Positions 49,732 to 64,000 are shown, counted from the stretch's first letter. The stretch: 64,000 nucleotides of DNA from Amphiscolops sp. MND2022 (GCA_964187785.1 OZ076409.1:88972001-89036000), one strand, 5' to 3'. Translations and numbers: made by a program. Notes: generated from the sequence alone by a model not told the origin.

Positions 49732-51718
49732 AATTTCTTCTCTTCTTTTCTCAAACAGGGAGACTATTATACGCTCTCGACCGAATGTTAGTGGGCAATT
49801 ATAACAATCCAACATTCCCTGAGCTACCATGGTAGGTCTGAGAAAGTTATATTATTACCATTGCCAGTTAATGCATACACGGATCCAGAGGATCATGAAA
49901 ATGTTCATGTAGTTCCATAAATGTACATGGAATTGCATGTAATCATAGCAATGCACAGAATCGCAAAGACACAAATGCTTCATTATATAAAATTGCATGG
50001 ATGCTAAGGTTCCAATTTAGTTCAATTATTCTAGTACTTGGTACCATAAAAAAGTATATTATTTAAAACTCTTACGAATCCTATCTATCTCTTTCTCGGC
50101 TATCTTTTTCATAGCTCCTTTCGCTTGTCCGTCAGAAACATTGCTGTCTAACGCTTTGAATTATTTGTTGCAGATTGTTTTCGTCTCAATTAATTTAAAT
50201 GAATTTCCCAGAACTTGAAAGCCTTCCAATGTGATGATGGATGCTGCACACATTTAAGTGTCAAAAGACTTCCAATTGTTTATTCATGTCAAGATCTTTA
50301 ACTTCTGAGGCGAAATAGATTCTCATTAAAATGCATCTCCTCTGTGAAATTCTGAAAGATTTACTGTCAGATGTTTTGGGATAGGTATTTGAAAAGGAAG
50401 GAGAGAAAATGTATTGATTCATGTTTGTCACTTTTCCGGGCTGGAATACGATTTTTTCTTTAAATAAACAACATGTTGCAAAATTTTGGCATCTTATTTT
50501 AAAAATCTAGTAGGACTTTCGAGCATTTGTTCTGTGAGTTGTACATTAGCAGCTTTTAAAAATTCGATGAGTTGCCTGTACTGAAATAGAAAGTTCATTT
50601 CCACGATTCCGCGGGTTGGACGCCAAATAAGCAGTTGTGCTTTTCTACTAGGTGAACCATAAAAAACGGAATGCATCAAAATTTTCGAGTTCTCAAAGTT
50701 TCAAATATTTGTCAACAAAAGTTTCAAAACAACTCTGAACATTGCAATTCAGTTTGTCAGTCCTTCAATTTGACAACTTTTGTTCGAAGCCAAGAAACTT
50801 TCACACATCAAAAGTGTGAACGAAATGACTGGTAAAGACGTCTAGACTTTTTCTAAAGGTTCGAATTATTCTTTGTTGAAGAATTGATTACGTAATGACA
50901 GAATGATTGACAGAGAAAGTGAAAGATTATAAGTGTGTTGTTTACAAATATTACGATTTTGAAGAGTGAATATTTTTGTGCATTAATTCCGTTTTTTTTT
51001 GGTTCACGTAGTAAGTAGGAGCCTTTCGAATACTATCTCCCCATAGCAAGCTATGGTACCATACATGTATTTGCAGCCAAGTGGTGAAGCAATGGTTTCA
51101 AAGTGACTTGCTCAAGGTCACAAAGGTCTGACTACTCGCCGTTGCCTTTATTGTTTTTGCTTTTCTCCGGCAAATGCGTTTTTTTGTCATTGACCATACC
51201 ACTAAGCTAGGGATGAAGGACTTGCTTAATTCCCAACAATGGTGAGTTGGGGGAGATTCGAATCTGCTACCGCCCCTGTACTGAAATCCCTTACACTACA
51301 TCAAATAAAAACCAGTTTTTTTTGAGAGAAAAGAAAAATAAACAAAATTTCAACTGGAATATTCATGCTAAAAACTGTAATGATGAAAATTTGTGCCTCA
51401 TTCGGAACGATATCAGCGTACGATGTTGAGGTTTGAAAATCGTGGAGTCTTTGAGAACAACCATGTTGAATCACGTTGGCACCATCTATCTCAATTACCG
51501 AGGTGTTTGTCACTGGGCGAAAGTTCTAATTGTTATTTCTGTTTGCTTAGCAACTTCGAGATCCGAAGCGCAGTTTGATTTAAAGACTTTAGTTGCATTT
51601 CTCGACGACAAAAAAAAGTTTTTTGAAACTTTGTGATCCCCGTTAAAGTAATGACAAAGTTCGCTGAGTCAAAATGTTCTGCTAAAACGAAACTTCTCAT
51701 AGTAGCAATTCAATTTTG

Positions 51719-52377
51719 AACAAGACGCCCGCTGAGCAGCGGTGAAGTCTCCGCCCCCAAACTATTTCAGCTACCACACAGTCTTGATAATTTAGGAAGT
51801 TGCAAAAATCTTCGAAAAGCTTCGAAAAGTTACTTTTTACGCACTTGTTTCTTGAAAAACACTATATTTTCATATCCACGAAAACATACAAAAATGCCTA
51901 AAAGTTGCATAAAATGTTTGAAAACTAAATTGTTTTGATTTTTTGGCCATTTTTCAGCAGAAAACTTTGAATCATTCTATGGAAAACACACTGAGTGAAT
52001 CAATGTTTTTCTTCAAACTCTGCCAATGTTTTTTTTTTCCACGAAAACATTCAAAATTGTACAAAAAGATGCATAAATGGTTGAAATTAGGAAAACTAGT
52101 TTTTTGGGGGGATGATGATATGGAATTTCATGAAACAAAACTCGATTTCTCTTTTTAAAACGTTCTGGATAGCCTATTGTTTCGTTGTTGAGCTCTGTGA
52201 ATATTCTAGACCACGGGATTCGGCAAAATAATCAAGTACAGGAATCTGTCACAATGGTAAAATTTTGGTGTCATTTTTTAAATTCATCTTTTGAACCAAG
52301 ATTTCAATTCTCTTAAAGCGTAGTGGAAACGTTTTATTTCATCGCTGAACTCTGTGGAGTTTCTGACCCGCAAAAAA
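51719..52377 (-). mobile_element. Second HINE-like family copy
   Basis: AACAAGACGCCCGCTGAGCAGCGG terminus with hairpin CCGCTG/CAGCGG. Right end approximate. Confidence 0.45.
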
Positions 52378-52379
52378 AC

Positions 52380-52863
52380 TTGCCGAAAAGTTTGAAAATT
52401 GTGACTATTTTGGGCATTTTCTTTTTAGGCAATTGTCCCAAAAGTTTTTGGGATTTTTTAACATCCTTTCTGTTACAAAATATCAAAAATATGAAAGGGA
52501 CACTTTGGAGACATTGAAAATTTTTCGAAAAAGTGTCACAATAACGAAAAAAATAAAGGGATTTTTGGGATTTTTCAAGATCCATTCTGTCGCAAAATAT
52601 TTCAAAAATTGAAGGAGGGACCTTTTGGAGACATTATTAAATTTCCGAAAAAAAGTCTCACAGCGCCGAAAAAATGAAAAAGGGGACCCTTTAGTCTCGT
52701 CCGGTTTCGCATGTTACGCTAAAAAAGGAACAATTTTTATATGATACAGTTTGACCCAAACATTTTGAAGAACTTTGGTAGAACTATTTGGGTCAGCTGG
52801 TGTCGATTGGAAAAAGAGTCACTATTATAGCCGTGCTTCACTTCATGGAGTGCCGACAAAAAA
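52380..52863 (-). mobile_element. HINE-type element, partial
   Basis: Internal GGGACC repeats; end CTTCATGGAGTGCCGACAAAAAA. Confidence 0.7.
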
Positions 52864-52914
52864 CTGTGTCGAACACATGTTGAAGACTGAAAATTATCAC
52901 GAGAATCGTTAACT

Positions 52915-53521
52915 AAACATGCAGGGAACGGCATAAGTCGGCGCCATATCTAAAGCTCAACAATAGCAACTTGAAAAGGACATGAAAGTGTCAAAAAACT
53001 CAAAGTATCAACCGCACAAAAAGATTATCAAACTCACGAAAAACCTCAAACGACCGAACTGGCGCGCTAAAAGACAGGACCCTTTCGGACTTCTTAACAT
53101 CCGTTGCTGCAAAACATCAAAAAATTGGAGGGGGACCCTTTCGGGAAATTTTTTTTGAAAAAGTCTTACAATGCCAAAAAAAGCTGGAATGGGACCCTTT
53201 GGGATTTTTCAACATCCTTTCTGCCGCCAAGCATTTGAAAAAATGAAAGGGGGACACTTTGAGGAAAATAATATTTTTCGAGAAAAAGTCTCACAGTGCC
53301 AAAAAAAACTGAAAGGGGACGCTTTAGTCTCACCCGGTACTGTATGTTACGCGGAAAAACAGGATAAACCTTTTTGGTTAAGTTCGCTAGGCGAAATGAT
53401 TCAATTTAACACCATAATATTTCATAGAACTTTTGAAGAGCTATTTTGGTCAGTTCGTGTGTATTGAAAAAAAGAGTCACTACAGTAGTCGCGTTTCATT
53501 TCATGAAGCGCCGACTAAAAA
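52915..53521 (-). mobile_element. HINE-type element
   Basis: AAGTCGGCGCCATATCTAAAGCTC start; ...CATGAAGCGCCGACTAAAAA end. Confidence 0.82.
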
Positions 53522-54168
53522 TAGAAGAACGATAGCAACTATGTTGTTTTTGGATCTACGAGAATAAATTATGGATTGCACTCAATGTCTTCAGCATAGA
53601 AGATTTCACTATTCATGTTAAAATTCGTTTGTCCAAAATGAGCTTACCCTAGTCGGAACTGCCAGGAGTTTAAACATGTTGCAGGCGGCATGCATGCAGG
53701 GTAATTTATAACAAACAAAGTTCAGACTGCACACAGGGAAAAAAACTTGTAAAATTATACTGCAGCTTGAAAACTCGTGACATCTTTTCGCTGATCGTTG
53801 ACAAAAAAGGCCCTGAATGACAATTTTTTGCGATCGCCAAGGCAAGCGTAAGAAACGTTGAAAAACTCAATCTCAACATTGTAACTTGACTAGAAACACT
53901 GATTTTCCTCTCAAATTGTCTGGTAGAGCAAAAACGTCTACTAATGAAGATGAAAAAAACGCAAAATTAATCTAAATTAAGGATGAATGTGCAGGAAAAA
54001 CATTTCCGAAATTGAATGAAAAGGCATTATCAAGATTTGGCAAACAATGTTTTGCGATTGGGAAGCAACATTTCTTGAACTCAGTTTGATCCCAACAGCT
54101 TTCGGGGGTGCTTTTTGCAAGTCTCGTGAGAGAAGTCACCCACTGAAGAATAAGATATAAAGAGAATA

Positions 54169-56109
54169 TGTGGAAAATTTCTAGATTCTGGTGTTTTATA
54201 AAATTCCCATGGCTTTTGCGCCAAAGTACATACGATAGACAGAACTATGTTAATTACGTTTTTCGACGGTCGGAACAGTGAAAACAGCTACAAAGGCTGA
54301 CAATAGCGTGTTTCAATAAAGCTGACTTGGCAAACCAGATGTTTACTTAGTAAACGAAACTTCTTAGGCAAAATTAACGAGTTAGTGAGTGACGTCAGCA
54401 AATAAATTGTTTGAATCGGCTAAGTCAGAGTGGATCTCTGAGAGCGAATTTTACTAAATTCCACTTTTGGTCGGAAACATTCTAAGATTCACTATGAAAA
54501 ACCAATTGTCATAAAATTGTAAAACCCCCCGAAGGGTTTTTCTCCAAGACTATAAATCGTAAAGACCTGAAATTTGGCGCACGTATACCTGAGCTGTTAT
54601 GCTACTGGTTTAAAAAAACGGAACCGAGACTAGACCCTCCAGCACCGGAAGTGACCAAGGTCGGCCCCCTACGAACTTGCCGGCGAAGTACAGATGAGGT
54701 CTTGTTATATATGGAATTAATAGCCCACGGGATATTAAGCCGTTTGAGCATTATTTCTGAACCCTAGGACGCGTGTAGGAGAAGCACGGACCCTATGCAA
54801 ACAAACCCCGATTGTTATGTAAATAACCAACAGATCGCTCGATGATCATGAAACTTGTCCAAGATGTTCACCTAGCAACCCTAAGTAATATACATAGAAG
54901 ATATATTATTCGGTCCACCATGAGCGTAGTAATGTTTGTTTACGGCACGCGGGACTGAACTCGCAGTCGCGACGGATAAATGACATTTGACCTTGGCTTG
55001 TAATACCTCAAACGAACCATGATAACGAATGTAGTTGATTACAAACAAGATTGAAGCCGTATTTGTAACCCGTGTGGGGGTCCCCGCCTTAAGTAAACAA
55101 ACCATACGCATAGCGTGTATTTCGGGAACCATTGTCCCTAGAATGATATAACTTGGCATTTAGCAATATTGGATGACGACAAATAACTTCAATGTCACGG
55201 AAGGACCTCAAGGTCATTTAAGCTGCGACCCCTGAAAATATACGAAAGCTTACGATAAAACATGTAAACCAGCCCCGTTTGCGGGAAAATTTATGCATTT
55301 CAGTCAGGCGAGGAGACTCGCAATGCACCGGACTTAGAATAAGACAAAAGTACCCTTTACACGTAGAGAACATGTAAGCCATGAAATTGAAGGTCTTTGA
55401 AAAATTGTCTCTATATTTAAAAAATCTCGGGTGGCTGGAAATATTTTTGAAATGTGAACTTTGTACAACCATTGTTGAATTATTTGTCGTTGGCGACGAA
55501 GTATGTCTCGCCGAAAAATATCTAGAAGCGACCGCTATGCCATGTAAGGAATAAACAAACACGAGGTCAAAAGCATGCAAAACTTAAGGCACTGACGCCC
55601 AATAAAGTAAACGTCGAGTATGATTGACTGTTATTATGAAACCACTCGAAGCACGTGCCATGAATAAATATAATTGAGGCAGAATTGGATTATACCGAAT
55701 AGACACAATTGAGTTAGAGAGCTACAAGCAAGTTGAGCCTCGAGACGGGGGCAAGAAGCTTGGCTTCCCTAAAAGAACTGGTTCGTCTTTCTCTGGGAGC
55801 TAAAGATAGAAGTTCTACAAGTCAAGTACTTGTACTTTGCGCTTAGAATTAGTTGGCTGAATCGCGAATATTTATTAGTTAGCTATTGTTGTTAAAGAAC
55901 CAGATTTGACTTTCTTTATAAAAAGTAATTAGATTATTACTTTAATTTTCTTAGTCAATTCAAGAGAGCCGAACAACTTGGGTACTGGAGAGACTTTGGA
56001 TAAGCGACAACACGATAGAAAAACCGAACTTACTCGCCAAAGAATCTTTTTTCTGATAGAGTTGATTCTTGGGAAAATCTCTCCGCCCTCGAAATCTAAT
56101 ATTTCTACA
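54169..56109 (+). mobile_element. Solo LTR (1941 bp) of the 37854-44823 family, TSD GAATA
   Basis: gaata|TGTGGAAAATTTC...ATTTCTACA|gaata; reverse-complement colinear with 42896-44823. Confidence 0.93.
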
Positions 56110-57249
56110 GAATAAGATCTAAAATTTTAGATATTATTCCTCTTTTCGAAGTTGAGCATGTCAGAATTTTATTCCCCCTTGTCCAATGTAGAAAGATTCG
56201 GAGCGAACATAACTAACTAGACGCTATTCTTCGTTATCGACTTTTTTCTTTCTGCCCAACACTCGGAAAGTAATGAATATTGCATAAACATTGTAAAACA
56301 TGTTTTTAAAAACGTTCCATTTAGAGGAGATTTGTTTGCCACACTGGCACTTTGAGACTACTTCTTACGTCATATTACAGCGTCTGTACTTACAAAATTG
56401 AGGTTTTGCCCGCGAGAATTTGGAAAATTACACGGGAGTTTTTGTCCTTTAATTTCTTTGATGTTTGCTCTGAAAACGCACCAAATTTTGTGGAAATCCC
56501 AAGATCATACTGAAAGTCTTTGGCAACTTTATTGAAAATTGTAAAACTGTAAAACTTCCCAGCAGATTCGACTATGGGGATAGTCTTGTTTTCTACACAT
56601 AGTCTGTATGATCTAACCTGGTTTTAACTTCAAATTGCAGTAAGACATCAGAGCGTAACCAAATTACATGAAAGTGGGAAACTTTGAGTCAAAACGTTGA
56701 AAAAGTTTATCTCGGAATGTTTTGAAAATCGTACACGTTGATTTTTTTACTCAGTTTTCTTGACATTTGATTCGAAGTTTTCTGGACAGCTTGTACACAA
56801 TGTTTCGCGATCCATTTTTTGGAAAAGCATGAAAATTAAAGTTCGAGAATTTTGAATGAAGGTGAAAAAAAAGTTGAAAAAAGATTGTTATGAAAGTTCA
56901 ACCCTGCGCTGAGTTTCAGTGAAAAGCATCCTTTTTGACAAGTCATCAGTCGCCATCAAAACATCCTTTGACAGCAAAAGGGCAATAGCATTTTGTGAAT
57001 TTTAATAATGGATTGTTGACGTAACAAAAAGGTCAACTTTTGTGACCTTCACATATCTGTCAAAAATGTTCGATTATTTTCAAATACGCTGTCAACTTAT
57101 CAGCCTTTTTGTTGAGACATCAGGGTTAAACTTTGACGCGAAAAAGTTCAAGACGCGAAAATCTATCAATTCACTTTTCTTTATCATTTGTTCATTTGTG
57201 ACAGCAAAATACAATTCAACATTTCTTTTTGAATTCTATAGAAAGTTTC

Positions 57250-57580
57250 CGGTATCAGGTCAAAATCTCCTATGTTAAATATCCTTAGTTCAAGATGTTA
57301 AAAATATCCTATGTTAAAATATGTTAAGGGTATCGTGATTAGCAACGTTCACATATCGACAGTGCTGTAAATGCAGGAGCGAAGCGAAACGGAGCGACGT
57401 GTCACTACTTTTCCAGCGGCTGGTTCCGACGAATGCCGACCTACAGGGGCGCGAAACTCCTCGCAAGGAGGAAGGCTGAGTCATACAACCAATATTTCAT
57501 TTAGGAGAGTCTAACGTAGGAGGTTTTTGCCTAGGAGATTTTAACCTAGGATATTTGCAGGTTTAATTTTGGTTATACAC
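57250..57580. mobile_element. MITE-like unit with inverted arrays of AAAAT(C/A)TCCTA / TAGGAGATTTT
   Basis: Short repeats in opposite orientation at the two ends; GC-rich core. Confidence 0.45.
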
Positions 57581-58659
57581 TTATTCATATTGATATTGAT
57601 ATCCGTTACTTATAAATAGTTTTCGATGGAACAGATTCTTTGTACGAGGACAATATGTTCATAAATTAAGTCATGATTTCTCGATTTAACTGCTCCAGCT
57701 TATTCAAAATATAGAACTTCAGAATTTTCATCACAGGGAATGCATTGATCATTATGACAGGGAAAAATATATAAATGAATAAACTCTAAACTGTCAGGAA
57801 AAAATATTACAAAAATGAATTATGCATGCCGGGTTAATCTCTCTGTAACTTACGCATTATTTTTTTAAAAAAGGAGATATCAAGAAGGAGCAAAGATCAC
57901 TATGCTACATGCAAAAACTATCAATGTTCATTGAAGAACCTCCACATAATTTTTATTGTTTTTTCATTACGTATAGAATTTCTATGACGCTCTAAAAAAG
58001 TTCACATGATTTTTGTAAGTTATTAATGAAGTTGGATTCTTGTGAAATAGTGTAAATTGTACTCATGGGTTCTATTTCATATTTGTGGAAAAAGAACCGA
58101 GGCAAGATGCAATTCTAATTTCATCAAAGAATTAGCAGCTGTAAGTTTTCTGCCATTCGGTAAATCTACAGAAGACATTTCATCAGGGAATTGATTAGAA
58201 CCTATCAGTGCAAATTAGGTTATTTATCACTGGGATTAAGTACTGCACAAAAGTCTTGGGAATTTCCACAGGGATTTCTTATTCTATAATTGAAAATAGA
58301 GCTGTCACCAAACTTCACAAGGAACTTCACGCTGAACCGCTAACGGGCTGCCTGATACGACAGAATTGCGGTTCCGCCGTTCTGAATGTCAATTTTTCAG
58401 ACAGTATTTGAAAGAGTAAGAGCTAAATTTTCTACTACTTTCCTTGCATTCCTATTTGAAAAAAAATTCAATTTTTGCAAAATTCATACAAACAAATTTG
58501 AAAAATCTTGTAAGAAAATGCATTATTTGACACTAACTCTTACAAGAGTTTTGTAAGATTTTCAATTTCCTGCTGAAAATGATACAAAATATGGATAAAT
58601 TTCACAAAATCCTTACAAAAGTTGCACCGTTTAACCATTTCCATACTCTAAACCTTAGC

Positions 58660-59126
58660 TTTTTTAGTCGACGCTTTTCTTAAGAAAAGAGTCGACTATA
58701 GTCATGGCTTTTCGTCAGGGTTTTTTTGATACACCTGAAGTGACCAAATTAATTTTACCGAAAGTTCTCCAAATTTTGAGAAGACGCCAAATTGTACCTG
58801 TTGGCCCAAGGAACTGAACCAAAAAGGTTTCCCGTGTAACATACATAACCGGACGAGACTAAAGGGTCGCCCTTTTCAGTTTTTACGGCATTGCCAGACT
58901 TTTTTCCGGAAAGAAAATTTCCCCAAAGGGTCCCCCTTCAATTTTTTGAAGTTTTGCGACAAAATGGATGTTGGAAAATCCGAAAGGGTCCCCTTTTAGT
59001 TTTTTTGGCATTGTGAGACTTTCTTCAGAGAAAAATTCCGGGTGCTGTAGAAGAGAATACTTTGACACTTTGAAGTCCTTTTGATATTTTTCAGCTGGCG
59101 CTGACTTGGGCCGGTCCCGGCTTCTT
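58660..59126 (+). mobile_element. HINE-type element
   Basis: TTTTTTAGTCGACGC start; GCGCTGACTTGG-GCCGGTCCCGGC-TTCTT end. Confidence 0.8.
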
Positions 59127-60867
59127 TGCAGACAAATGACATTTTCTCTCTCAAAATCTCTTCTCTCTCAAACCTTTTCCTTTTAAAAATAGCTTGCGTT
59201 AATGAGAATTTGAGGGTGCATTTTAGATGAACAATTTATGCCTCATTTCTTAACTGGATAAAAATGTGCCTTTAAAATACGTCATTTTTTGTTATACTTA
59301 AATATTAAAGTAAACGGAAATTTCCACTGTACCGGAAAAATTGCCGAGGCTCAAACTCGCCGGTTGTTTTTAATCTAATGAACAAACTAAAAACTGTGTT
59401 ATTTAAATGAACCACCGCTGCGCTTCGTTAATTTTTGTTAAATTTATTCGAATAAAGTAATTATCCCGAAAATTTGACATTAGACTTTTTATCTCTTTCA
59501 ACCACTTTTTTCTCGGACCGAATATGGCTCATTAAATATCAACTAACTACACTCAACCACCTAATTGGGTTCATTAGCCGCATGTTCCATCGCTTGTCAC
59601 AAGAGTCTCAATTAGGAAAAATAATGATGGAAATTTATTCTAATTTACTTTTTTCAAGTGGACAATAGCTGACATGATAGCACGATTTTCTGTAACAAAT
59701 CACCATTATCATCCTCGAAAAAAAAAGAAGATGCATTGCAAGTGGTCGTTGATATACTTGAAAAAAGAGGCAGGTCTCGTTAATTTGATACCTGAGAGAT
59801 CAGCACTCAGAATCGAAGTACTGTCGAAAATAGTACGGGATGGTAATTCAACTGACCTGACCGACAAAAAAAAACATTTAAGACCTTGTAAAAATTGAAA
59901 ATGGGAAAGAATTTTCATGCAAATTTATTTTTGTTTCAACCCGCTGGGAAGCTCCGAACATTTAGCCTTCCATAGTTAAGTCCGAAACTTTGATTGCTGA
60001 AACTAATCAAAATTTTCATGTTGCTTTCTGCGAATGTTTGTTATAGTTTTTGGATAAATCTAAGTGAGTTTCTTTGGCATACATTTTGCATTCTATATAT
60101 ATCAGGGTTGAAATTTTACTGATTCAGAAAATTAAGTGTCACCACAACGTGTACTGATTGCGGGAAACCAGATCGGTGTTACATGTGATCCCTCGCCATG
60201 GCTTTTGTTCAGTTTCCAATAGTTTATTTCATGTTTAATTCGAATTATTCAGTTCAATAGGTATTTTTGCTTTTTGATGCAATTGCGTAACAACCAAAAT
60301 TACAATGCTTTAAAGTTCAAGACTTGATTTTGCGCCTATCAATTTACTTGGGACTCAGTTGTCGCTTTTCATATATGGGACTCAATTGTCGGCATTTGGT
60401 AAATTCATCTCAAAGTAATTTATTTCGGACTCAGTTGTCGCGGGATGCAATTGACGCTTTTTGTATTTGGGAATCAAAATTTCTTTTATTGCTCAATCGT
60501 TGCCTCACTTTTTGTAGTAGGCCCGCCTTCCAAAAAGTGTGCTGTGTAAAAAATTAGGCATTTCTTGACGAAATATTTTAGCAAGTATCGGAAATTCACA
60601 ATGTGTATTTTGGAAAATGAACCAAGTTGTAAGCCTTTATTATCTGTGAAGGAAAATAGTTTCCCGAGTCCTGAGGGACCCTTTGTTAATTTTTGATCCT
60701 GTGAACTTGATGCGTTTTTTAATGATTGTGGAAAAGACCTACGGTTTTTCGGTTCTGTGTGACTTTTCGAAAAAAACTTCCATTTGATCAGGAACACCAC
60801 TCACTTCTATAACCGACACGGCTAGAAAAATATTGTTTTGCGAGTTCAAAGCTCCTTTTCAACCCTA

Positions 60868-61403
60868 ATCGAGATTGCTTTTCACATGCTGCATGGAAAC
60901 ATGCAGGCTAATTTTGGACAAAACAAAAAATTCTGGTAGCCTGCATGGAAACATTTTGTAGGCTTACAATGCAGCCTCCGCTATTTGAATTAAAACTGAA
61001 AACAAATCCTCGTCTTCACCGCCGCGATCACTTTGATTTCACGCGTAAGTTTTTCAAGTAAGTACCTTGTGTAATCATCGTTAGTCAAGTAGTACGCTGA
61101 ATATGACGCTACTTTGAAACTTATATTGTGATTGAAATTTGTTTGCAATAAAATCGCGCTAAAATGGATGATTAGAACTCGGCTGCTTTTAAAATTAGAA
61201 CGATGTCTTAATGAACCCTATAAAACTTTGCGCCGCAGAATTTCCGCCAAATCTAGGATGCATCTATAGGCAGCTTGATAAAATTGAATCGAATCAGTAA
61301 AGTTTTAATACCTGGACGTTTCTTTGAGAATTTTATAAAACCATGGAAAATTCGCTTGGTAACCTACAAAAACATATAAAAAATTCATGCAGTTCCAACT
61401 AAG
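60868..61403 (+). repeat. Dispersed repeat, copy 2
   Basis: Colinear with 49187-49731. Confidence 0.85.
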
Positions 61404-61853
61404 GAAGTACATTGAAACTTTTTCAGAAAACAGATCAAAGAATGTTTCAAATTTTGGTATCTCTTCGGGTGACACTGTCAATTAGGTAAAAGTTTCACAA
61501 TTGTGATACGTTGCGTTTATTGAAAAATATTTTTGAACCTTGCGCAGGGCGCCGTCTTGGGCCGTTCCAGGCTTATGCTTAAGTACACATACTTACAAAA
61601 GTAGGGGGCTAAGCAGATTTTTTTGTTCATTTGACAGGGCATAGTTATATTGATCCTCCTTAGATTATCCAAAATATGGAAGTATCCAAAAATATTTTTC
61701 AAATTAATTTTCCAAACAATTCATCCACTCTTTCGAGTATGATGACACAGCAATTAGAGACTGTATTTTAAAGCACTAGTGGATGTATGATGGAGAGGGC
61801 ATCTCCATTTTTTTCTTTCATGAAAGGGTCGTGGAACGATATTTTTTAAATTG

Positions 61854-62462
61854 TTTTTCAGTTAGCGTATTTTCCTTCAAGGAAAAAACCCTACTATTAC
61901 AGTGATTAGTTTTTTTCGTCAGATCACGGAATGTATGCGTTGTGGACTTTTTTCACAGAACTACTAAACTCTTGGACCGGCAAATGGAAACGCATCGAAG
62001 TTAGTGCAAAAGGTCCCCATTCCATTTATTTCATTTTTAACGTAAAATACAAAACCGGAGGAGACTATAGGATCTCCCCTTTGAAGTTTTTTCGAGACTG
62101 TGAATTTTTTTGTCTTCAAAGGGTCCCCTTTCAATTTTTCTGATCTTTTGCAGAAAACTAGAGTTTCAATGCACAAAGGGTCTCTCCTTCTAAATTTTTC
62201 GGCGCTATGAGACTGTTTCAAAATTCTCTTTTTTAGTCTGAAATTGGGTTTTCTCAATATATTCGAATTGACGTATTATCCGAGGTAAAGCGCTATATCC
62301 GAATTTCTGACGTTATATCCGAACTTTATTGCGTTTTAATACGGAGGAGGCAGAGGTTTGAAAACATGAATTTTTCATGAAAACGGCCCACACATATTTT
62401 AAAAACTGCGAGTTTTGAGCCTTAGATATAGTGCCGACTTTAGACGTTCTTTAGACTTGTTT
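61854..62462 (+). mobile_element. HINE-type element
   Basis: End GAGCCTTAGATATAGTGCCGACTTTAGACGTTCT...CTTGTT; internal GGGTCCCC repeats. Confidence 0.75.
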
Positions 62463-63124
62463 TATTTATTATTGCTTGAGCAAAAATAATAACTTGGGCT
62501 TCAGATAAGATGGAGACCAGGTTTTCCATTCTCGCTACAATTCGGAAGGTCTTTGGTTAGCAGTCACAGTAACGCAAATTTTCAAGAGCAGTGTTTTGTA
62601 TAACGGTCCAAAAAGGTTAAAAAAAACTTGTTCGTCGGTTCTCATCTCACTGTGAAAAGATATAAAGCCACTGGAACAAGGACTAAAATTTCTAGAAGAT
62701 GATCTAAAACTCACCAGAACAACAAACTTTCCTCCCAAAAACCCCTGAAAGGTCCAAACACCCTACACGTTGGTTCTTACTTCACTGTACTACGATCTAA
62801 AGTCATTGGAATAAGGACTCAAACCGCTGGAATAATCTAAAATTCCCTAGAACGACAATATTTTCTCCAATTGCATCTATGAAATCCCTTGAATCCAAAA
62901 AAACCTTGTACATCGATTCTCATTTCAACGTAGTAAGATCTAAAACTACTGGAATAAGGTCTAAAAGTCTTCAGTACAACGATGATTGCTTCAATCTTAT
63001 TCTAGAGATTTTGAATCTTCAGAAGAAATCAATGTCTACGCTAGAAAATTGCGTGAAGAACCCGCCAAATGTTGTCATACGAATGTGACTATTTGGAGAA
63101 CTCTTGACCAAAAATTTGAAATCT

Positions 63125-63290
63125 TAGAATTTTTCCCATCTTAGTAAGATTCCATCCTGGGATATTGATACATCTTAGTCAGATCTTAGCATGAATCTTG
63201 CCATGGGATCCATGGTTACCAAGATGTAATAAGAATTTGACAAAATCTTGCCATGACAGCCAGTATGCTAGAAAAAGGGTCAACCTGGGT
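63125..63290. repeat. Remnant with ATCTT(A/G)CCATG repeats ending CCTGGG, related in style to 16278-16983
   Basis: Repeated ATCTTAG / ATCTTGCCATG motifs. Confidence 0.4.
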
Positions 63291-64000
63291 AAGCTTGGAG
63301 CAGCCCAGACAAAAAAGTGCAAATTGCACTTCTTCAAAAAATTCGTTTTTGGATTGGAAACAGAAAATTGCTGCCTGAGATTTACCATTTTCCTATGTCA
63401 TACTTAATTTGAAGGGGCTCTCCCATAGCTGATATAAACTTAGTTTCGTGTCATATGTTGTGTAGAGGCTTTTTGGTCTGACCGGAATGACCCCGAAAAG
63501 ACACCAAAAAATCAAAATTTTCCAAATTTTAACTTCACATGCAAATACTGTAGTTTTTCAATAATGTGATATTTTTTCGTGCGATAATTAATTCGTGAAT
63601 TATAAAAAGTAATCACTTCCAAGGTTTAAAAAAAACAGCTATCCTGTACGCTTTTTTGCAGAGAAATTTCAAAGATTTTGTTGAAAAATTGTCTCAAAAT
63701 GCCCCCCAAACTAACTAAAAATTTCAAAATTTTTGTTGCCAGAGACATTAAAAATCTTTTCTGGGACTCCAAAATGAATTCTTAGAAACTGCTTCAAAAG
63801 TCACACAATATACTGAAAAATAAATGCAGGGAAAGAAACGTTTCTTCACGTTTTTTGTTTTTTTTTTTGGTTTCAACTAAAAACAGATGCGCGTGTTTTA
63901 TGACTAGGCTATCAAACAAGTATGTATCAATTGACAAGGGTTAGACAAGCATTCTCCCAGCCCTAGGCGACGTTACTCTTGATGGATGTTACATATCTTT

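Noticed and set aside
60350..60455. CRISPR-like GGACTCAGTTGTCG repeats
   Set aside because: Only 3-4 copies of ~14 bp with irregular spacing, no cas genes, eukaryotic context; more likely transposon subterminal repeats.
62640..63100. Degenerate GATCTAAAA..ACTGGAATAAGG repeats as a functional array
   Set aside because: Too decayed and irregular to define a unit or function.

Overview
AT-rich eukaryotic (probably animal) genomic DNA made almost entirely of nested transposable-element debris. I could not support any host protein-coding exon, rRNA, true tRNA or CRISPR array. Contents: (i) a partial Gypsy retrotransposon at the left edge (gag-PR-dUTPase-like-RT-RH, minus strand) whose 5' half plus flank is tandemly duplicated (2333-bp period); (ii) three decayed members of a second Gypsy lineage, one full-length (27154-33433, TSD GGAGG) nested inside an older relative; (iii) a 5'-truncated CR1/L2-type LINE; (iv) a pol-less, gag-bearing LTR element (37854-44823, TSD CGGTG, ~1.9-kb LTR) and its solo LTR (54169-56109, TSD GAATA); (v) a solo LTR with a 197-codon ORF that runs out of its 3' end; (vi) two TGTAACG...CGTTACA solo-LTR-like units, each with a 3-bp target duplication (Troyka-like); (vii) at least 8 copies of a Helentron-type non-autonomous element (HINE/DINE-like), one with its empty site visible in the sister LTR; (viii) several MITE-like units. 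All calls were made by eye; boundaries without a TSD are approximate.
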